Counted from the stretch's first letter, positions 9,441 through 20,142 are shown. The stretch is 42,870 bases of DNA from Gemmatimonadaceae bacterium (GCA_040902005.1 JBBDYA010000112.1:29841-72710); one strand, 5' to 3'. The notes: a model not told the origin generated them from the sequence alone. Numbers and translations: made by a program.

Positions 9441-9953
9441 TTGCACGCGGTCCCGCTCGTGAAACTGATCCTGCCGGCGTCGGCCGGTCTGGGGCGCCCG
9501 TGGACGCTGGTGTTCGACGGCATGTGCACAATGTGCGGCCGCCTGGCGAGGCTGCTCGTCACATGGGACCGACAGTGTGAGATCGAGGTCGTTCCATCGC
9601 AGGCCGCGGGCGTCATGGCGCGTTTTCCCTGGATCCCGGCCAGCGCGTACTCGCAGGCCATTCAGCTCATTGGCCCCGGCGGCCAGACCTGGCAGGGTGC
9701 CGCGGCCGTGGAGCAGTTGCTCGACATGCTTCCGCGCGGCCGCTGGATCGCCTGGATCTTCAGCATCCCGTTCGTGCGCACAATCGCCGACCGCGTGTAC
9801 CGCTGGGTGGCCCGCAACCGCTACCACAGGGGGTGTGGAGAGCACTGCCAGTCGCGGCCGCTGGACGTCGAATGCCACGCACAAACAGTTGCTCCCCCGC
9901 CCGCTCTTTCGTCCACTCAGCGAGCACAGGCGCCGCCGCCGGCTCCATGGTAG
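9441..9953 (+). CDS. DCC family (DUF393) thiol-disulfide oxidoreductase-like protein
   Basis: VFDGMCTMC (DxxCxxC) and YRWVARNRY signatures; start uncertain (TTG 9441 or a later GTG). Confidence 0.85.
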   Translation: MHAVPLVKLILPASAGLGRPWTLVFDGMCTMCGRLARLLVTWDRQCEIEVVPSQAAGVMARFPWIPASAYSQAIQLIGPGGQTWQGAAAVEQLLDMLPRGRWIAWIFSIPFVRTIADRVYRWVARNRYHRGCGEHCQSRPLDVECHAQTVAPPPALSSTQRAQAPPPAPW

Positions 9954-9958
9954 TGCCC

Positions 9959-10022
9959 GTCATTCTGTGCGCAGCGAGGACTCTGCCCGGGTGACGATGC
10001 TCCTCGCTCCGCTCGCAATGAC
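9959..10022. repeat. REP-like imperfect palindrome (GTCATT...AATGAC)
   Basis: Arms GTCATTCTGTGCGCAGCGAGGA (9959-9980) and TCCTCGCTCCGCTCGCAATGAC (10001-10022). Confidence 0.7.
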
Positions 10023-11130
10023 ACAATCACTGCGCTCCATCGCGCTCCTGTGCCTCGCCGCGCTCGCCGCGTGCTCCGGCGCGGCCGAGAGCGGTCCGAT
10101 CGTGCTCGGCGCCTCGGGCCCGTGGACCGAGGGCTATGGGCAGATGAACCGCCGCGGCATCGAGCTGGCGCTCGAGGAAGTGAACGCCGCGCGCCGGGCC
10201 GAGGGGGGTGGGGGGGGCGACACCGTCGTGGTCCTTTTCCGGGACGACGCCGGCAGCGGCGCCAACGCCGCCGCGATCGCACAGGAGTTCGTTGCCGACG
10301 CGCGCGTCACCGCCGTCATCGGCCACGTCAACTCCGGCGCCATGGTGGCTGCCGCGCAGGTTTACGACGGCCAGCTTGCCGCCGTGGCCACCACGGCCAC
10401 CTCACCCGCGCTCACCGGCATCTCGTCATGGACGTTTCGCGTGATTTCCAGCGACTCCGCCAACGGCATCCGGATGGCGCAGTTCGCGCGCACGCTCGGC
10501 CGGCGCCGCGCGGCGATTCTCTATGAGAACAACAGCTACGGCCGCGGGCTTACCGATGCCTTCCGGCGGAACTTCGACGGGCAGATCGTCAGCATGGATC
10601 CCATCGACGAGGGCGCGCAGAACTTCGAGCCCTACGTGGCCTATTACGGCGCGCGCCAGCCCGATCTGGTTTTTGTCGCGGGCACCGACGCGTCCGGACT
10701 GCACTTCATCCGCGAAGCACGCCGGCAAGGGCTGAGCGCTGACCTCCTGGGGGGCGACGGCTGGACCGGCCTTGCGGTAGACACGGTCAACTCCGAGGGC
10801 GTCTACGTGGGCGCGCCATTCAGCTCGGACGATCCGCGCCCCGAGGTGCAGGCCTTTGTCTCCGCCTTCCGCGCGAGATACAACGCCACGCCCGATCACA
10901 ACGCATCGCTCGCGTACGACGCCACGAAACTGCTTGTCCACGCGGCGGAACTGGTCGGACGCGACCGCGGGAAGGTGCGCGACTACCTCGCGTCGCTCGA
11001 CGAGCGTTCGGCCTTTGCCGGCGTCAGCGGGCCGATCCGGTTTGGCGCGGACGGCGATCCAGTGGGCACCGGCATCCTCATCACGCGCATCGAGCGTGGC
11101 GCGCTCAAGGTCGCCGAGGGCGGACGGTGA
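10018..11130 (+). CDS. branched-chain amino acid-type (LivJ-like) substrate-binding lipoprotein
   Basis: Lipobox [53 protein letters not shown]. Confidence 0.9.
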   Translation: MTQSLRSIALLCLAALAACSGAAESGPIVLGASGPWTEGYGQMNRRGIELALEEVNAARRAEGGGGGDTVVVLFRDDAGSGANAAAIAQEFVADARVTAVIGHVNSGAMVAAAQVYDGQLAAVATTATSPALTGISSWTFRVISSDSANGIRMAQFARTLGRRRAAILYENNSYGRGLTDAFRRNFDGQIVSMDPIDEGAQNFEPYVAYYGARQPDLVFVAGTDASGLHFIREARRQGLSADLLGGDGWTGLAVDTVNSEGVYVGAPFSSDDPRPEVQAFVSAFRARYNATPDHNASLAYDATKLLVHAAELVGRDRGKVRDYLASLDERSAFAGVSGPIRFGADGDPVGTGILITRIERGALKVAEGGR

Positions 11131-12836
11131 CCCTCTTCGAGGCGCTGGGATCCATTCGCGGCCGGCTGTGGCTGGGCTTCGGTTCACTGGTCGTGCTGCT
11201 CGTCATCGCCGGCGTGCTGGCCCAGCGCGGCATCTCCCGCCTGGCGGACGCGGTGGCGCAGGAGCTGACCGACGTGCAGCAGGAGTCGCGACTCGCGTCG
11301 CGACTCTCGGCCACCACCGCGGCGACGATCGCCGCGGGCACGCGATATCTCGAGTCCCGCGACTCCATCGCCCTCGCCACGTTTCGCACCCAGGGGTGGT
11401 CCGCGCACGCCATCCAGCGCGCCATGAACGAGCGCCCCGGGCAATCGGCCGCGGAAGTCGCCGCGGTCGCGTCGATCGACGCCAAGCTGTCCGCCATGGA
11501 AGTGCGATACGCGCTGGCGCACCGACTGGCCGACCTGGGACGCATGGACGCGGCCCGCGCGCAGGCCGGCAGCGCGCAGGTGCAGGTGGATTCGCTGCTC
11601 CTGAGTCTCGACCGGCTTGGCAGTCTCAAGACGCAGGGCGTGGCGGCCGCGTCGCGCCGCCTCGAACAAGAGTCCACCCGCCGCACCGTCATCCTGCTGG
11701 CCCTCATCACACTCGCGGTGCTCGTTGGCATCATCGTCGTGCTGGTCACCATCCGCACCATCGGCCAGCCGCTGGACGTCCTCGTGTCGCATGCGCGCCG
11801 CCTGAGTGAAGGCGACCTGACCGTCCGCACACACCAGAAGCTGCCCGGCGAGTTCCAGATCCTGGCCGCGGCAATGAACCACACGGGTGATTCCCTCTCG
11901 CGCATCGTCTCCGTCGCGGCGAAGACCGCCGAGAACGTGGCCAGCTCGGCGCACCAGCTGTCGTCGGTGTCGGAGCAGATCTCGATTTCCGCCGGCCAGA
12001 TGGCGGACTCCATGACCGACGTGTCATCGGGCGCCGAGGAGCAGGTCCAGCAGCTGCGGTCCATCGAGGATGCGCTGCAGGCCATCCGCCGAGCCGCGGA
12101 TTCGGTGACGGAACGCTCGTCCGAGGCGCGCGCCCTGGCGGGTGAGATCGAGGGCACCGCCGCGGACAAGCGCAAGGAGATCGAGCGCGCGCTGGAGATC
12201 CTGGTGGACGTGAAGGCCAGCGTGGAGATGGCCAGCACCGAGGTCACCGCGCTCAACTCCACGGCCGCGGATATCAACCGCTTCGTGCAGACGGTGAGTC
12301 AGATCGCCGAGCAGACGAACCTGCTGTCGCTGAACGCGGCCATCGAGGCCGCGCGCGCGGGCGAGGCGGGGCGCGGGTTCGCGGTGGTCGCGGACGAGGT
12401 GCGAAAACTCGCCGCGCAGGCACAGAAGGCGGCGGACGATATCGTGCAGATGACCGCGGTCGTCACCCGGCGCGTGACGGCGAGCTCGCGCGCGATGGAG
12501 ACCGGCGCGGCGCGGGTGGCGGAGATCGAGCGCGTGTCGCGCGACATGGACAACGCGCTGAGCGCCATTTCGATCGCGGCGGAGCGCGCGCGGGGGGCGT
12601 CGGAGCAGGCGTCGACGGCCGCGGCGGCGAATGCCGCGGCCGTGATCACCGCGACCGCGGGGCTCGAATCCATCGCGAAGACCGCGGAGAACCACGCCGC
12701 CGCGGCGCAGGAAGTGAACGCGGCCACACAGGAGCAGAGCGCGGCGTGCGAGGAGATGACCAGCGCGTCGACCTTGTTGCTCCAGGGCTCCACGCAGCTT
12801 CGCGAGCTGGTGGGCGGACTGAAAACCAGGAACTAG
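11127..12836 (+). CDS. methyl-accepting chemotaxis protein (TM-sensor-TM-HAMP-signalling)
   Basis: [37 protein letters not shown] hairpin tip; two TM helices; HAMP (LSEGDLT). Confidence 0.95.
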   Translation: MTLFEALGSIRGRLWLGFGSLVVLLVIAGVLAQRGISRLADAVAQELTDVQQESRLASRLSATTAATIAAGTRYLESRDSIALATFRTQGWSAHAIQRAMNERPGQSAAEVAAVASIDAKLSAMEVRYALAHRLADLGRMDAARAQAGSAQVQVDSLLLSLDRLGSLKTQGVAAASRRLEQESTRRTVILLALITLAVLVGIIVVLVTIRTIGQPLDVLVSHARRLSEGDLTVRTHQKLPGEFQILAAAMNHTGDSLSRIVSVAAKTAENVASSAHQLSSVSEQISISAGQMADSMTDVSSGAEEQVQQLRSIEDALQAIRRAADSVTERSSEARALAGEIEGTAADKRKEIERALEILVDVKASVEMASTEVTALNSTAADINRFVQTVSQIAEQTNLLSLNAAIEAARAGEAGRGFAVVADEVRKLAAQAQKAADDIVQMTAVVTRRVTASSRAMETGAARVAEIERVSRDMDNALSAISIAAERARGASEQASTAAAANAAAVITATAGLESIAKTAENHAAAAQEVNAATQEQSAACEEMTSASTLLLQGSTQLRELVGGLKTRN

Positions 12837-12913
12837 GAACTAGGAATTAGGAACTGGCTCCTAGCTCCTAATTCCTAGCTTTAGTTCCTAGTTCCTAGTT
12901 CCTAGTTCCTGGT
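12825..12913. repeat. inverted heptamer arrays (AGGAACT)n / (AGTTCCT)n, probable bidirectional terminator
   Basis: 4 forward units 12828-12855, degenerate reverse units 12856-12882, 4 reverse units 12883-12910; 31-bp inverted repeat with one mismatch. Confidence 0.95.
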
Positions 12914-13705
12914 CCCTACATCCCGCCACCGGCGCAGGTCGAACGCCCTCGCCGGCACCCGCGGATTCGTCTTGAAGTTCGACAGCGTCTGCCGCTGGGC
13001 CAACCGTCCTCCACGGTAGACCAGCACGCGCGTGGGCACGGGCACATCCAGGAGTGTGGTATCGTGCGTGAAGTGCACGTCCTCGAGGCGGGTGGGCGCG
13101 CGTGGATCGGGCTGGATCACGCGCAGCACACGCCACCGGTCGGCGTCCACCCAGAACTGCGTGCTCGTGAAGTCGCCGGACGACGCGCCCACCACCCACA
13201 CCGGACGCCCGTCCAGCGCCTCGCGGCGCAGCAGCGCGATCCGCATCCGCGATGCGTCCAGCCACATGACGGTCGTGTCGATGCGCTGGGCAAAGACGTC
13301 GTAGGCCAGCAGGCTGGCCAGGTCCATTCGACTCGCGGACGTCACACGGCGCCCTCCCTCGAAGAGCGCGAAGCGATGGTACTGCCGGATGTACGCGGTG
13401 CGGCTTGACGTGGGGAGTGTCTCCACGCGCAGGTGGCCGGGAAGCTGCGCGTGGACGCGGGCGCGGGTGATCGTGGAGTCGCCGTCGCCGTACTCCACGG
13501 TGGTGACGGTGAACGCGAGCGATTGCAGCTCGCGCGACGGATGCGCCCAGCGCATGGCGCCGATCACCTCCAGTCCAGTGCGCGGAGTGCTGACCGGGCG
13601 GCCGGGGATGGGCGCGGTCGCGGGGGCGGGCGCGCGACTGCACGCGACAGCCGCCACCAGCAGTCCGGCGGTACCGGCCACCCGCGCGAGCGCGCGTAGG
13701 AACAT
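12902..13705 (-). CDS. hypothetical lipoprotein, LolA-like / outer-membrane lipoprotein-sorting fold likely
   Basis: Lipobox AVAC; beta-rich pattern GRPVWVVG...QFWVDADRWRVLR...VPTRV...NPRVPARAFD. Confidence 0.7.
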   Translation of the reverse strand: MFLRALARVAGTAGLLVAAVACSRAPAPATAPIPGRPVSTPRTGLEVIGAMRWAHPSRELQSLAFTVTTVEYGDGDSTITRARVHAQLPGHLRVETLPTSSRTAYIRQYHRFALFEGGRRVTSASRMDLASLLAYDVFAQRIDTTVMWLDASRMRIALLRREALDGRPVWVVGASSGDFTSTQFWVDADRWRVLRVIQPDPRAPTRLEDVHFTHDTTLLDVPVPTRVLVYRGGRLAQRQTLSNFKTNPRVPARAFDLRRWRDVGTRN

Positions 13706-13799
13706 TTCTAATCGTAATGGCTGGGCGCGGGTCCGGTGGCAGTTTGGGGGGGGGCCTGGTGCAGATGACTAATCGTGCCATGCCAGCCATGTTCTCCCC

Positions 13800-14921
13800 A
13801 TGCGACTCGAGACCATTGCCGTCCACGCGGGGCACTCTGCTGACCCACTGACCGGGGCGGTCACCCCGCCCATCAGCCTGTCAACCACGTTCGAGCGCGA
13901 GCCCGACCTGAGCTTCCGCGGCGGGCACCTCTACTCGCGCTACTCCAACCCGAACCGCATCGCGCTGGAGACCTGCCTCGCGCAGCTCGAGGGGGGCGGC
14001 GCCGCGGCGTGCTTCGCGTCCGGATCCGCCGCCACCAGCGCCCTCATGCAGTCGCTGGAGCCGGACGCGCACGTCATCCTTCCCGAAGATGCGTACTACG
14101 GAACGATCAAGCTGGTGCGCGAGATCTTCGGGCCGTGGCGTCTCCGGTTCAGCGCCGTGGACATGACCGACGTCGCCAACATCGAGCGCGCGATCACGAA
14201 GCAGACGCGCATCGTGTGGGCCGAATCGCCATCCAATCCGAGGGTGCGCGTGATGGATCTCACCGCCATCGCGCGACTGGCGAAGCAGGCCGGCGCCTGG
14301 TGCGTGGTGGACAACACGTGGGCCACGCCCGTGCTCCAGCGTCCGCTGGAACTGGGGGCGGACGTCGTGATGCACTCGACGACGAAATACCTGGGCGGCC
14401 ACAGCGACGTTCTGGGCGGTGCGCTGATCGCCCGCGAGGAGACGCACCCTCTGTTCGCGCGCGCGCGCGCCGTGCAACAGGCCGGCGGCGCGGTGCCGTC
14501 GCCGTTCGAGTGCTGGCTCACGTCCCGCGGCATTCGCACGCTCCCGTGGCGCGTGCGGGCGCAGACCGCGAACGCCGGTCGCATCGCAACGTTCCTGGAG
14601 ACGCACCGGAAAGTGGAGGTGGTGCACTATCCCGGGCTGACGTCGCACCATGCCCATGACCTCGCGAAACGGCAGATGTCCGCACCCGGCGCAATGCTGT
14701 CGCTCCAGGTGCGCGGCAGCGGGCAGAACGCAATCGACTTCACCAACCGGCTGCAACTCTTCACGCGCGCCACGAGCCTGGGCGGCACCGAATCCCTCAT
14801 CGAGCACCGGCATTCCGTGGAGGGCGCGGACACCCGCTCCCCGGAAAACCTCCTGCGCGTGTCCGTGGGACTCGAGCACGCGGACGATCTCATCGAAGAC
14901 CTGGACCGGGCGCTGGGATGA
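13800..14921 (+). CDS. PLP-dependent trans-sulfuration enzyme (cystathionine gamma-synthase/lyase)
   Basis: [57 protein letters not shown]. Confidence 0.93.
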   Translation: MRLETIAVHAGHSADPLTGAVTPPISLSTTFEREPDLSFRGGHLYSRYSNPNRIALETCLAQLEGGGAAACFASGSAATSALMQSLEPDAHVILPEDAYYGTIKLVREIFGPWRLRFSAVDMTDVANIERAITKQTRIVWAESPSNPRVRVMDLTAIARLAKQAGAWCVVDNTWATPVLQRPLELGADVVMHSTTKYLGGHSDVLGGALIAREETHPLFARARAVQQAGGAVPSPFECWLTSRGIRTLPWRVRAQTANAGRIATFLETHRKVEVVHYPGLTSHHAHDLAKRQMSAPGAMLSLQVRGSGQNAIDFTNRLQLFTRATSLGGTESLIEHRHSVEGADTRSPENLLRVSVGLEHADDLIEDLDRALG

Positions 14922-15592
14922 GTCGGGCTGTGGTGCTCCTGAGCGGCGGGCTGGACTCGGCGACCGCGCTTGCCATGGCGAAGACCGACGGTCACGCCGT
15001 GCACGCCCTCACCGTTCGCTACGGCCAGCGCCATGCCGTGGAAGTGGACGCCGCGACGCGCGTCGCGACGGCCGCGGGCGTCGCCGGGCACGCGATCATG
15101 GACGTGGACCTGCGTGCCTTTGGCGGGTCGGCACTCACGGATGACATCGCCGTGCCGAAGGACCGTCCACCGTCGGAGATCAGTCGCGCGATTCCGGTGA
15201 CGTACGTCCCAGCGCGAAACACGATCTTTCTCTCGTTCGCGCTGGCGTACGCCGAGGTGCTGGAGTCGCGGGACATCTATATAGGAGTAAACGCGCTGGA
15301 CTATTCCGGATACCCGGACTGCCGGCCGGAGTACATCGAGGCCTTCCAGCGCATGGCCAACCTGGCCACACGTGCCGGCGTCGAGGGCGCGCCAGTGCGG
15401 ATTCGCGTGCCGCTCGTGGCCATGACCAAGGCCGAGATCATCCGGCTTGGCGTGTCGCTGGGCGTGGACTACGCACTGACCACGAGCTGCTACGATCCGT
15501 CGCCGGGCGGACGCGCGTGCGGCCGCTGCGATTCGTGCTCGCTTCGCGCGCGCGGGTTCGCCGAGGCCGGCCTGGCCGACCCGGCGCGGTAA
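14918..15592 (+). CDS. queC: 7-cyano-7-deazaguanine synthase
   Basis: [29 protein letters not shown]...CGRCDSC. Confidence 0.97.
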   Translation: MSRAVVLLSGGLDSATALAMAKTDGHAVHALTVRYGQRHAVEVDAATRVATAAGVAGHAIMDVDLRAFGGSALTDDIAVPKDRPPSEISRAIPVTYVPARNTIFLSFALAYAEVLESRDIYIGVNALDYSGYPDCRPEYIEAFQRMANLATRAGVEGAPVRIRVPLVAMTKAEIIRLGVSLGVDYALTTSCYDPSPGGRACGRCDSCSLRARGFAEAGLADPAR

Positions 15593-15648
15593 CGCGCGAT
15601 CGGCGCCGGCGCTAGGTTGTGCACATACCGATCACCGGATGCCGCACA

Positions 15649-15891
15649 ATGACCGATGAAGACATGAAGGCCGAGCTCGACCGACTACGTAGCGAAAACG
15701 ACGCGCTCAGGAAAGGGAGTGCCAGGGCCATCTCCCTCAAGGTGAGCGAGAAGGGCGGCCTGTCGGTCTACGGACTTGGCCGGTTTCCCGTCACGCTCTA
15801 CAAGGAGCAGTGGCTCAAGCTGCTCGAGCTCTCTGACGAGATCCGCGCGTTCATCAGGACCAACGACGCCCAGCTGAAGACCAAGCAGTAG
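15649..15891 (+). CDS. small conserved hypothetical protein (80 aa; coiled coil plus KVSEKGGLSVYGLGRFPVTLY)
   Basis: Typical codon usage, non-repetitive globular sequence, fills the queC-menF gap. Confidence 0.8.
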   Translation: MTDEDMKAELDRLRSENDALRKGSARAISLKVSEKGGLSVYGLGRFPVTLYKEQWLKLLELSDEIRAFIRTNDAQLKTKQ

Positions 15892-15908
15892 GCCCCTGCC
15901 GGCACAGG

Positions 15909-16958
15909 ATGACGCTCGACACCTTCGCCTTCATCCAGACCGCGCCGGGGCGCGTCGTCGTCGGCTGGGGACCGTTCGACGCCAGCGCCCGCCGCGACCC
16001 GCGCCGGCCCGCCTTCTATATGAACGACTTCTTCCTCGGGGACGCCGCCCCGTGGAAGCACCCCGCCCGCTGGGAAGAGCTGCCGGTCGCGGAGCTTGCG
16101 CGGCGCTTCGTCGGCGCGCACGCACTAGCGGTGCAATGGCAGCCGCCCGTGCTGTCGGAGTTCGAGGCGCTCTTCTCTTCGGCACACGGCGCGATCGCGG
16201 CCGGCCAGTTCGACAAGATCGTGCCCGTGGTGTTCGAGTCGGGCACGTGCACGAACGGCACGGGCCCTCCGCACGAGTATCTGCTTTCGCGGCTCGCATC
16301 CATTCCGGACGCGCTGCTCTGCTATGGCTGGATCGAAGGTGACGCCGGGTTCATCGGTGCCACGCCCGAAATGCTCTTTGCGGCGGGCGACGGCACGATC
16401 GAGACCGTCGCCATAGCCGGCACGATGCCAACGAGCGCCGCCTCCGGGCTGCTGCGCGATTTCAAGGAGCGGAAGGAGCACGACTACGTCACCACCGACA
16501 TCGTGGAGCGCCTCGCACCCTACGGCATCACCCGCGTGGAGTCCGTGGAGGTGATGGAGCTGCCGACCATCTCGCACCTGCGCACGCGGATCCGCTTCGA
16601 GCCGTCCGGGGGGGGGGAGGGGGGGGAGACGGGCGCGCCCGCGTTCGACGAACTCGTTCGCATCCTGCACCCCACGGCGGCGCTGGGCGTGTGGCCGCGC
16701 AACGACGCCGGGCAGGCGTGGCTGCGCCGCGCGGACGAGCGCGACGGGCGCCGAGGATTCGGCGCTCCCTTCGGAATCGAGATGCCCGACGGCCGCGGAC
16801 TCTGCCTTGTGGCCATCCGCAACGTGGAATGGCTTCAGCGGCGCATGCGCATCGGCGCAGGCAGCGGCGTGGTTGCCGAGAGCGCGCTGGAGCGGGAGTT
16901 CGATGAGCTGCGTGGCAAGCGGGAGCAGGTGAAGCGGCTGTTCGGAATCACCGGCTGA
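15909..16958 (+). CDS. menF: isochorismate synthase (chorismate-binding enzyme)
   Basis: KIV, FIGATPE, AIAGT, KERKEHDYV, HLRT, LHPTAALG, VAIR, GAGSGVV; first gene of men cluster. Confidence 0.85.
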   Translation: MTLDTFAFIQTAPGRVVVGWGPFDASARRDPRRPAFYMNDFFLGDAAPWKHPARWEELPVAELARRFVGAHALAVQWQPPVLSEFEALFSSAHGAIAAGQFDKIVPVVFESGTCTNGTGPPHEYLLSRLASIPDALLCYGWIEGDAGFIGATPEMLFAAGDGTIETVAIAGTMPTSAASGLLRDFKERKEHDYVTTDIVERLAPYGITRVESVEVMELPTISHLRTRIRFEPSGGGEGGETGAPAFDELVRILHPTAALGVWPRNDAGQAWLRRADERDGRRGFGAPFGIEMPDGRGLCLVAIRNVEWLQRRMRIGAGSGVVAESALEREFDELRGKREQVKRLFGITG

Positions 16959-16969
16959 CGGCGCGCACC

Positions 16970-18571
16970 GTGTCCTCGAACATTCAGGCGGCCTCCGACG
17001 TCCTCTCGGCGGCGGTGCGCGCGGGGGTGCGCGACGTGTGCCTCTGCGCGGGATCGCGCAACAGTCCGCTGGTCGCCGTCGCTGCCGCCGCCACGGGTAT
17101 CCGGCCACTGGCCTTTCCCGACGAGCGCGCCGCCGCCTTCTTCGCGCTCGGGCGCGCGCGATCCACGGGGCGTCCGGTGGCCGTGATCACCACCTCGGGC
17201 ACGGCGGTGGCCGAGATGCTGCCGGCAGCCATCGAGGCCCACTACACCGGGACGCCTCTCCTGCTCGTTACCGCCGATCGTCCCCGCCGCTTTCGCGGCA
17301 CGGGCGCGCCGCAGACGATCGAGCAGCCGGGGCTCTTCGGCGTCTACTGCGAGCGGTCGATCGACATGCAAGCCGGCGATCCGGTGGACATCTCCGGGTG
17401 GGGGCAGCGGTCGCCGCTGCATCTCAACGTTGCCTTCGACGAGCCGCTGCTCGACGACAAGATCCCGCATCTCGACTTCGCTGGAGCGCCGGAGACGCTG
17501 GCGAAGCAACCGGCCGCCGAGCCCGCGTCCGCGGAGATCGACATGCTGCGCGAGTTCCTCGACGCGCACACGCAACCGCTCGTGATACTCGGACAGCTGG
17601 ACCCGGTCGATCGCCAGCCGGTGCTGCACTTCCTGCGCGCGCTCGGCGCGCCGGTGCACGCGGAAGCGCTGTCCGGCCTGCGCGAGCACGACGGACTGCG
17701 CGACATCCGGATCACCGGGGGCGAGCGCATGCTTGCGAGCGGGGCCTTCAACGGTGTGCTACGCATCGGCGGCGTACCCACGCTGCGTTTCTGGCGCGAC
17801 CTGGAAGCGCGCGACGCGCGCCTGCCCGTGCTGAGCGTCACGTCGCTGCCCTTCGCGGGGCTCAGCCGGGGAGACATCATCGTTCGCGCCCCGCGTCACC
17901 TGCTGCCGCGCGTGGACCCGAAGACGCGACGCATGGAACGGTTTCTCCAGGAGGACCGCGCGATGTGCGAGCGTGTCGATGCCATCCTGCGCGACGAGCC
18001 GCTGGCCGAGCTGTCGATGATCCGCGGGCTCTCGGCGATGCCGGCCGACGGCGCGCACGTCTTTCTCGGCAACAGTCTGCCGATCCGGGAATGGGACCTG
18101 GCCGCGACGCGTCACCCCCGGGAGTACGACTACAGCGCGAACCGCGGCGCGAACGGCATCGACGGCGCGCTCTCCACCTTTTTCGGAATGGCTCGCGAGG
18201 GAAAGGAGAACTGGGCGGTGGTGGGCGACCTGACGTTGCTGTACGACCTGTCCGCGCCGTGGATCATCCCGCAGCTGGACCCCGAGGTCTCGCTGCGGCT
18301 TGTGGTCGTGAACAACGGCGGCGGGCGCATCTTCGGACGCGTGGCCGCGCTGGACAGCGTGGATACTGGCAGCCGCGAGAAGTTCTTCGAGAACGGACAT
18401 GAGGTCTCGTTCGGCAGTTGGGCGGACATGTGGCGTATCCCCTACCAGCGGTGGGAGGCCGTGCCCCAAACGGTCGCACTCCCGCCACGTTGCGTGATCG
18501 AGATCGTCCCCGACCCCGCCGCGAGCGCCCGGTTGTGGCGGCGGTTCGATTCGCTATGGTCCAGCCCATGA
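16970..18571 (+). CDS. menD: SEPHCHC synthase MenD
   Basis: CAGSRNSPL, DERAAAFFALG, TTSGTA, TADRP, GNSLPIR, NRGANGIDG, GDL...NNGGG. Confidence 0.95.
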   Translation: MSSNIQAASDVLSAAVRAGVRDVCLCAGSRNSPLVAVAAAATGIRPLAFPDERAAAFFALGRARSTGRPVAVITTSGTAVAEMLPAAIEAHYTGTPLLLVTADRPRRFRGTGAPQTIEQPGLFGVYCERSIDMQAGDPVDISGWGQRSPLHLNVAFDEPLLDDKIPHLDFAGAPETLAKQPAAEPASAEIDMLREFLDAHTQPLVILGQLDPVDRQPVLHFLRALGAPVHAEALSGLREHDGLRDIRITGGERMLASGAFNGVLRIGGVPTLRFWRDLEARDARLPVLSVTSLPFAGLSRGDIIVRAPRHLLPRVDPKTRRMERFLQEDRAMCERVDAILRDEPLAELSMIRGLSAMPADGAHVFLGNSLPIREWDLAATRHPREYDYSANRGANGIDGALSTFFGMAREGKENWAVVGDLTLLYDLSAPWIIPQLDPEVSLRLVVVNNGGGRIFGRVAALDSVDTGSREKFFENGHEVSFGSWADMWRIPYQRWEAVPQTVALPPRCVIEIVPDPAASARLWRRFDSLWSSP

Positions 18572-19299
18572 TCTGGGCCCTGCACGGCTTTCTGGGACGC
18601 GGCGTGGACTGGCACCCGTTCGGCGATCTGCTGCGCGAGCTGGGCGACGGCGAGCCGCGGACGCCCGATCTGTTCTCGTCCCCCGCCAACACGCGGCAGA
18701 CACCGGCGGAGTGGGCGCGCGCGTTCGTCGCGCGCATCGCGGCCGAGGACCCCAGTCCGTCGATCGTCGGCTACTCGATGGGGGGACGACTGGCGCTGCA
18801 TGCGCTGCTCGCGCGACCCGGGCTGTTCGAACGGGCGACCCTGGTGTCCACCGGACTCGGGATCGATGACCCGGACCTTCGGAACGCACGCCTGCTCTCG
18901 GACGAGCGGTGGGCAACGCGGTTCGAGACCGATGACTGGGACACCGTCATCGCCGCGTGGAACTCGCAGGAAGTCTTCGGCGGGGCACGGCCGGTGACGG
19001 AGCGGCGCGAGGGAGACTTCAATAGAATGGCCCTTGGCGGGGCGCTGCGATCCTGGTCCCCCGCCGCGCACGAGCCACTCGCCCAACGGCTGCCCGGCAT
19101 CGAGACGCCTGTGTTGCTGATCGCCGGCGAGCAGGATGCGCGGTACGCGCGCGAGGCGGAGCGCGCGGCCCGTCTGCTCCCGAACGCGCGGGTCTCCATC
19201 GTTCCCGCGGCGGGGCACCGCGTACCGTGGGAGCAACACGAACGCTTCAGCGAATCACTGCGCTCATTCTTTCAGACGAGCCATCACGAGATCCCATGA
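18568..19299 (+). CDS. menH: SHCHC synthase MenH (alpha/beta hydrolase)
   Basis: ATGA overlap with menD; LHGFLG, GYSMGGR, GEQD, AGH. Confidence 0.9.
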   Translation: MIWALHGFLGRGVDWHPFGDLLRELGDGEPRTPDLFSSPANTRQTPAEWARAFVARIAAEDPSPSIVGYSMGGRLALHALLARPGLFERATLVSTGLGIDDPDLRNARLLSDERWATRFETDDWDTVIAAWNSQEVFGGARPVTERREGDFNRMALGGALRSWSPAAHEPLAQRLPGIETPVLLIAGEQDARYAREAERAARLLPNARVSIVPAAGHRVPWEQHERFSESLRSFFQTSHHEIP

Positions 19300-20117
19300 A
19301 AAAGATCTGGAAGTCACTGCACGAGTTCGAGGACATCCGCTACGAGCGAACACCGGACGGCATCGCAAAGGTGACGATCAACCGGCCGGAGGTGCGCAAC
19401 GCCTTTCGGCCACAGACGATCACGGAGCTGAAGCAGGCGTTCGAGATGGTCCGGGAGGACCCGGACATCGGCGTGGCGATCCTCACCGGCGAGGGTACCG
19501 AGGCATTCTGCTCCGGCGGAGATCAACGGGTCCGCGGCAAGGCGGGGTACGTCGGCAAGGACGGCGTGCCGCGGCTGAACGTGCTCGATCTCCAGAAGCA
19601 GATCCGCGCGCTCCCCAAGCCGGTCGTCGCCATGGTGGCCGGCTACGCGATCGGCGGCGGACACGTGCTGCACCTGGTGTGCGACCTCACCATCGCCGCC
19701 GACAATGCGCGGTTCGGCCAGACCGGACCGAAGGTGGGCTCGTTCGACGGTGGACTGGGCGCCAGCTACCTCGCGCGCGTCGTGGGGCAGAAGAAGGCGC
19801 GTGAGATCTGGTTCCTCTGCCGACAGTACGACGCCGCGCAGGCACTGGACATGGGGCTCGTCAACATGGTGGTGCCCATCGCGCGGCTGGAGGAGGAGAC
19901 GCTCGTGTGGTGCCGGGAGATGCTCGAGCATTCTGCCATCGCCCTGCGCTGTCTCAAGTCCGCGCTGAACGCCGACTGCGACGGCCAGATCGGCCTGCTG
20001 GACCTCGCGGGAAACGCCACCCTGCTGTACTACATGAGCGAGGAGGCGCAGGAAGGACGGAACGCGTACGTCGAGAAGCGCAAGCCGGACTTCAGGAAAT
20101 TTCCGCGGCTCCCCTGA
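19296..20117 (+). CDS. menB: 1,4-dihydroxy-2-naphthoyl-CoA synthase
   Basis: [41 protein letters not shown]. Confidence 0.97.
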   Translation: MKKIWKSLHEFEDIRYERTPDGIAKVTINRPEVRNAFRPQTITELKQAFEMVREDPDIGVAILTGEGTEAFCSGGDQRVRGKAGYVGKDGVPRLNVLDLQKQIRALPKPVVAMVAGYAIGGGHVLHLVCDLTIAADNARFGQTGPKVGSFDGGLGASYLARVVGQKKAREIWFLCRQYDAAQALDMGLVNMVVPIARLEEETLVWCREMLEHSAIALRCLKSALNADCDGQIGLLDLAGNATLLYYMSEEAQEGRNAYVEKRKPDFRKFPRLP

Positions 20118-20142
20118 TCCACGCGACCGCGAGCGCCCGGCG

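Noticed and set aside
13706..13799. SAM riboswitch upstream of the trans-sulfuration gene; CTAATCGT direct repeat and ATGGCTGG/CCAGCCAT inverted pair
   Set aside because: Region is short, lacks SAM-I core motifs, and the repeats are too short to support a call.
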